A stretch of 64,000 nt of DNA from an uncultured Actinomycetes bacterium (GTDB lineage Bacteria > Actinomycetota > Geothermincolia > Fen-727 > JACVIW01). This document shows, piece by piece, positions 61,370-64,000 of this stretch; within the stretch, counting starts at the first letter, position 1, and each line of letters begins with the position of its first letter. A program made the position numbers and the translations under genes. The notes beneath the pieces were generated by a model that did no database searches, was not told the origin of the DNA, and saw nothing but the letters and a program-made list of their open reading frames with translations. The stretch is taken from NCBI GenBank assembly GCA_937127245.1, contig CAKZLU010000034.1, forward strand, positions 12,605 through 76,604, read 5' to 3'.

Positions 61370-62314
61370 GTGTTGGAGATGTATGCTGACATTGATCAAG
61401 CGTTAAGTGTCCCAACTCTAAGGTTTGAGGTGGAACTTGAGCCAGCTCAAGGAACGCGGTTTCAACCAACGAACTTTCCAGACCTCGGGCCTGCCACATA
61501 CTCACGACCCGACGGCACGGAAATGCTCCTCGTGGAATCACCGCAAAGCATGGCAAATCGCCTCGAAGAAGTATGCTGGAACCACGAACGCGCGGACCTG
61601 CATGATGTCCTTACCGGGCTTCCCTACGTTCGCATCAATCTCGGAAACGGGCTGTTCACAAACTCAATACTCGAGGCGCACAGATTGAACTCACCATATA
61701 TCCTTGAGTCAAGCGACAAGACCTTTATGACTGCGTTGATACAGGAATTTAAAGAGTTTGAGATGTCTCCGGTGGATGTTCGAAAAGTCGCCAGAGTGGT
61801 TTTCAAATACGACCCGAACTCAGTGCTTCACGGGGTCTTCTTCGCGAAAAGCGACCTTGCCGGGGGAAGAATCAGGCTAACCCGCGCTTTATCCTCTTTC
61901 ATCGAAGCTGAAGGCGTGAATGTCGCGGAAAGCGGAGGCGTTAAGATGGATGTTGTAAACCCGCGGGGTGATACTTCCAAGGGATTCGGACATGTACCAT
62001 TCCACAGAACTGAGTTTACGGCATCCAGAATTACCGCATACTTCAGCCTTGACAACGCTTTGATTAAAGGGTACTCACTTGGCGAGACTGCGGAAAAGCT
62101 TTTGTGTGCGCTTGCGCTGTGGAAAGTGAGAAAGTTTCTCGACTCCGGTCTGAGGCTCAGAACAAGCTGCGATTTCCAGGTAAAAGACAGGGAAAAGATC
62201 GAGATCCCCGAACTCCGCTACCTTGAGGAAATACTGCCCGGTTTGATCAAGAAATGTGCGGAAGAAGGACTGTTTGCTATGCCACCTGTCACAGAGGTGC
62301 AGTGGAAACAATAG
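61370..62314 (+). CDS. csb1: Type I-G backbone Cas7g/Csb1
   Basis: RFQPTNFPDLG, LVESPQSMANRLE, EAHRL, DPNSVLHG, LRLRTSC. Confidence 0.92.
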   Translation: MLEMYADIDQALSVPTLRFEVELEPAQGTRFQPTNFPDLGPATYSRPDGTEMLLVESPQSMANRLEEVCWNHERADLHDVLTGLPYVRINLGNGLFTNSILEAHRLNSPYILESSDKTFMTALIQEFKEFEMSPVDVRKVARVVFKYDPNSVLHGVFFAKSDLAGGRIRLTRALSSFIEAEGVNVAESGGVKMDVVNPRGDTSKGFGHVPFHRTEFTASRITAYFSLDNALIKGYSLGETAEKLLCALALWKVRKFLDSGLRLRTSCDFQVKDREKIEIPELRYLEEILPGLIKKCAEEGLFAMPPVTEVQWKQ

Positions 62315-62323
62315 GGGGTAGCG

Positions 62324-63832
62324 ATGCTTGCGATCAAATTTATCTTCACGGGGGGAAAATACCACGCTACTCCATGGGACAGGCACGCTAATGAAGGAGT
62401 TTGGGAGTGGCCTCCTTCGCCATGGAGAATTCTTCGCGCTTTAATGGCTGTCTGGAAGACAAAGTGCGCAAACCAAAACGTTGACGAAGAGACCGTACAT
62501 TCACTCCTGAACAAGCTTGCGCACCCGCCCACGTATCATCTTCCACCAGCGGTCGCATCCCACACTCGCCATTTCATGCCCTGGAACAAGAGCTGGAAAA
62601 AGGCGCGCGAATCTTCCAGAACACTTGTCCTTGATTCTTTCCTCTCGCTGGAACCAACTGATCCGATGTGGGTGATCTGGGAAAACGTTGTTCTGGACAA
62701 CGATGAAAAAGAAACGCTTAGCGCATTGCTTTCCAAAATTAGCTATCTTGGAAGAGCCGAATCGTGGTGTAACGCTTCGACAGCAGATGAACGAAGTCCA
62801 AAACCTAACTGCCTGCCGAGCGAGTTTTCCAACTCTCCAAATAACCTCTCAGGGGAAAACGACCGAGAATTCGTTTATCTTCTCGCCCCTGAACTGCCTT
62901 TAAAAATCGATGCGCTTCTTGTTGAGACAACGAATATGAGAAAAGACGGTCTCTTGCAACCTCGGGGGACAAGATGGTTAAAATACGAAATACAGGATGG
63001 CAAACTCAGCGATAAATTGAGAACTAAACCGTTGATGCCCACCTCGCCACAAAAGCCTGTTCGCCTCGCTGTCTACAGCGTCTCGGGTCCGGTTCTTCCT
63101 CTTGTCACAAAAACGTTAAGTTTTGCAGAATTTTTGAGAAAAGCGGTTCAGTCAATTTACGGAAATCTATCAAACGGCGCTTCTTCCCCCATGTTTTCCG
63201 GCAAAGCTATAAACGGGGAAATGCTCGAAGGCCACAGGCACGCTCACTTCATTCCCTTAGACTGCGACCGCGATTTAAGGATCGACCATATCCTTATTTA
63301 CACGTTTGACCAAGAAGGCTTCTCAGACTTAGAACAGCAAGCTCTCGCACAGCTTAGAAAACTTAAAGGAGCCGTAAGCGGCTACGACATTGACGTGGTT
63401 CTCGTTTTTTTGGGGGAACCGGATAGATTCGGCCACGCAAACCGGATCTGTCCCGTTTTGAGTGAGTGCAAAACATGGGTCTCCGAAACGCCTTTCTTGC
63501 TCGTAAGACACCCGAAGGTCCGTGGAAAACAGCCCGATAAATATTTGGTTGACAGTCCTGAAGACCAGGTTCTACTTGAACTGCAAAGAAGAGGATTCCC
63601 TGAACCTATCGTTGAGGAAATGCTATATCGACCTGGAATTAGAAGAAAAATCAGGTGGCTGGAATTTGAAAGATGGCGGAAAATCAGACCGCCCATCGAC
63701 AGAGGGTTTGGATTTAAACTTGAGTTTCCCACACCGGTAAAGGGACCAATAATTATTGGATATTACTGTCATTACGGTTTGGGGCTTTTCCTTCCTCAGG
63801 AAAGAGATTATCCCTGCTCCCTGTGCTTCTAA
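62324..63832 (+). CDS. csb2: Type I-G Cas5/Cas6 fusion Csb2
   Basis: YHATPW, EWPPSPWRILRAL, YLGRAES, HRHAH, W.SETP, GP..IG..CHYGLGLF. Confidence 0.92.
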   Translation: MLAIKFIFTGGKYHATPWDRHANEGVWEWPPSPWRILRALMAVWKTKCANQNVDEETVHSLLNKLAHPPTYHLPPAVASHTRHFMPWNKSWKKARESSRTLVLDSFLSLEPTDPMWVIWENVVLDNDEKETLSALLSKISYLGRAESWCNASTADERSPKPNCLPSEFSNSPNNLSGENDREFVYLLAPELPLKIDALLVETTNMRKDGLLQPRGTRWLKYEIQDGKLSDKLRTKPLMPTSPQKPVRLAVYSVSGPVLPLVTKTLSFAEFLRKAVQSIYGNLSNGASSPMFSGKAINGEMLEGHRHAHFIPLDCDRDLRIDHILIYTFDQEGFSDLEQQALAQLRKLKGAVSGYDIDVVLVFLGEPDRFGHANRICPVLSECKTWVSETPFLLVRHPKVRGKQPDKYLVDSPEDQVLLELQRRGFPEPIVEEMLYRPGIRRKIRWLEFERWRKIRPPIDRGFGFKLEFPTPVKGPIIIGYYCHYGLGLFLPQERDYPCSLCF

Positions 63833-63856
63833 CACATCTTAACCAATATAGCGGCG

Positions 63857-64000
63857 ATGGAAAACGTTGAAAAAAATTACATGCCAGTTAAATACCTCAG
63901 CGAATTTGCGTACTGCCCGCGCTTGGGCTATTTGGAGTGGGTGGAAAGCGAATACGCGGACAACGAGTACACGCTTAACGGAACTTTCAAGCACCGGCGA
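63857..64000 (+). CDS. cas4: N-terminus of Cas4 (probably a Cas4-Cas1 fusion), truncated by the window
   Basis: Manual translation [48 protein letters not shown], with the Cas4 YCPR..G...H motif. Confidence 0.85.
   Translation, partial: MENVEKNYMPVKYLSEFAYCPRLGYLEWVESEYADNEYTLNGTFKHRR

Noticed and set aside
769-63835. Many antisense or alternate-frame ORFs in the track (for example 10475-11212, 15764-16477)
   Set aside because: They lie opposite or inside well-supported conserved genes and show no motifs.
1-64000. tRNA, rRNA, transposase or prophage genes
   Set aside because: I recognised no such signatures in the intergenic gaps or ORFs.

Overview
The window is mostly a core-genome block on the minus strand, probably from a deep-branching actinobacterium of roughly 50% GC. 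That placement is inferred from the pgsA-patA-pimA cluster, a WhiG-type sigma factor near dprA/xerC/rpsB, and the pdxST-yebC-ruvCAB-yajC-secDF gene order. In coordinate order it holds secF/secD/yajC, tgt/queA/queH, ruvBAC, yebC, pdxTS, htpX/lemA, a PIM-lipid cluster, proS, ispG/rseP/dxr/cdsA/frr/pyrH/tsf/rpsB, whiG, xerC, dprA/comM/yraN, rnhB/lepB/rplS/trmD/rimM/khpA/rpsP/ffh, ftsY/smc/rnc, an acetate-CoA ligase/DRTGG pair and rpmF. The right end carries a + strand type I-G cas operon (cas3-csx17-csb1-csb2-cas4...) that is cut off by the window edge. The most striking unexplained element lies between xerC and dprA. It is an orphan CRISPR-like array of about 13 repeats, about 29 nt long and all different from each other, with 31-35-nt unique spacers and a period of about 61 nt (31244-31997). 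Directly upstream is a ~200-nt multi-branched structure closed by a 16-bp stem that overlaps the first repeat. The array geometry does not fit the type I-G system 25 kb away. Secondary observations are long self-complementary intergenic spacers, in-frame insertions in tgt and queH, and an IMPase-family gene inside the PIM operon. All calls come from reading the sequence; no searches or folding calculations were run.
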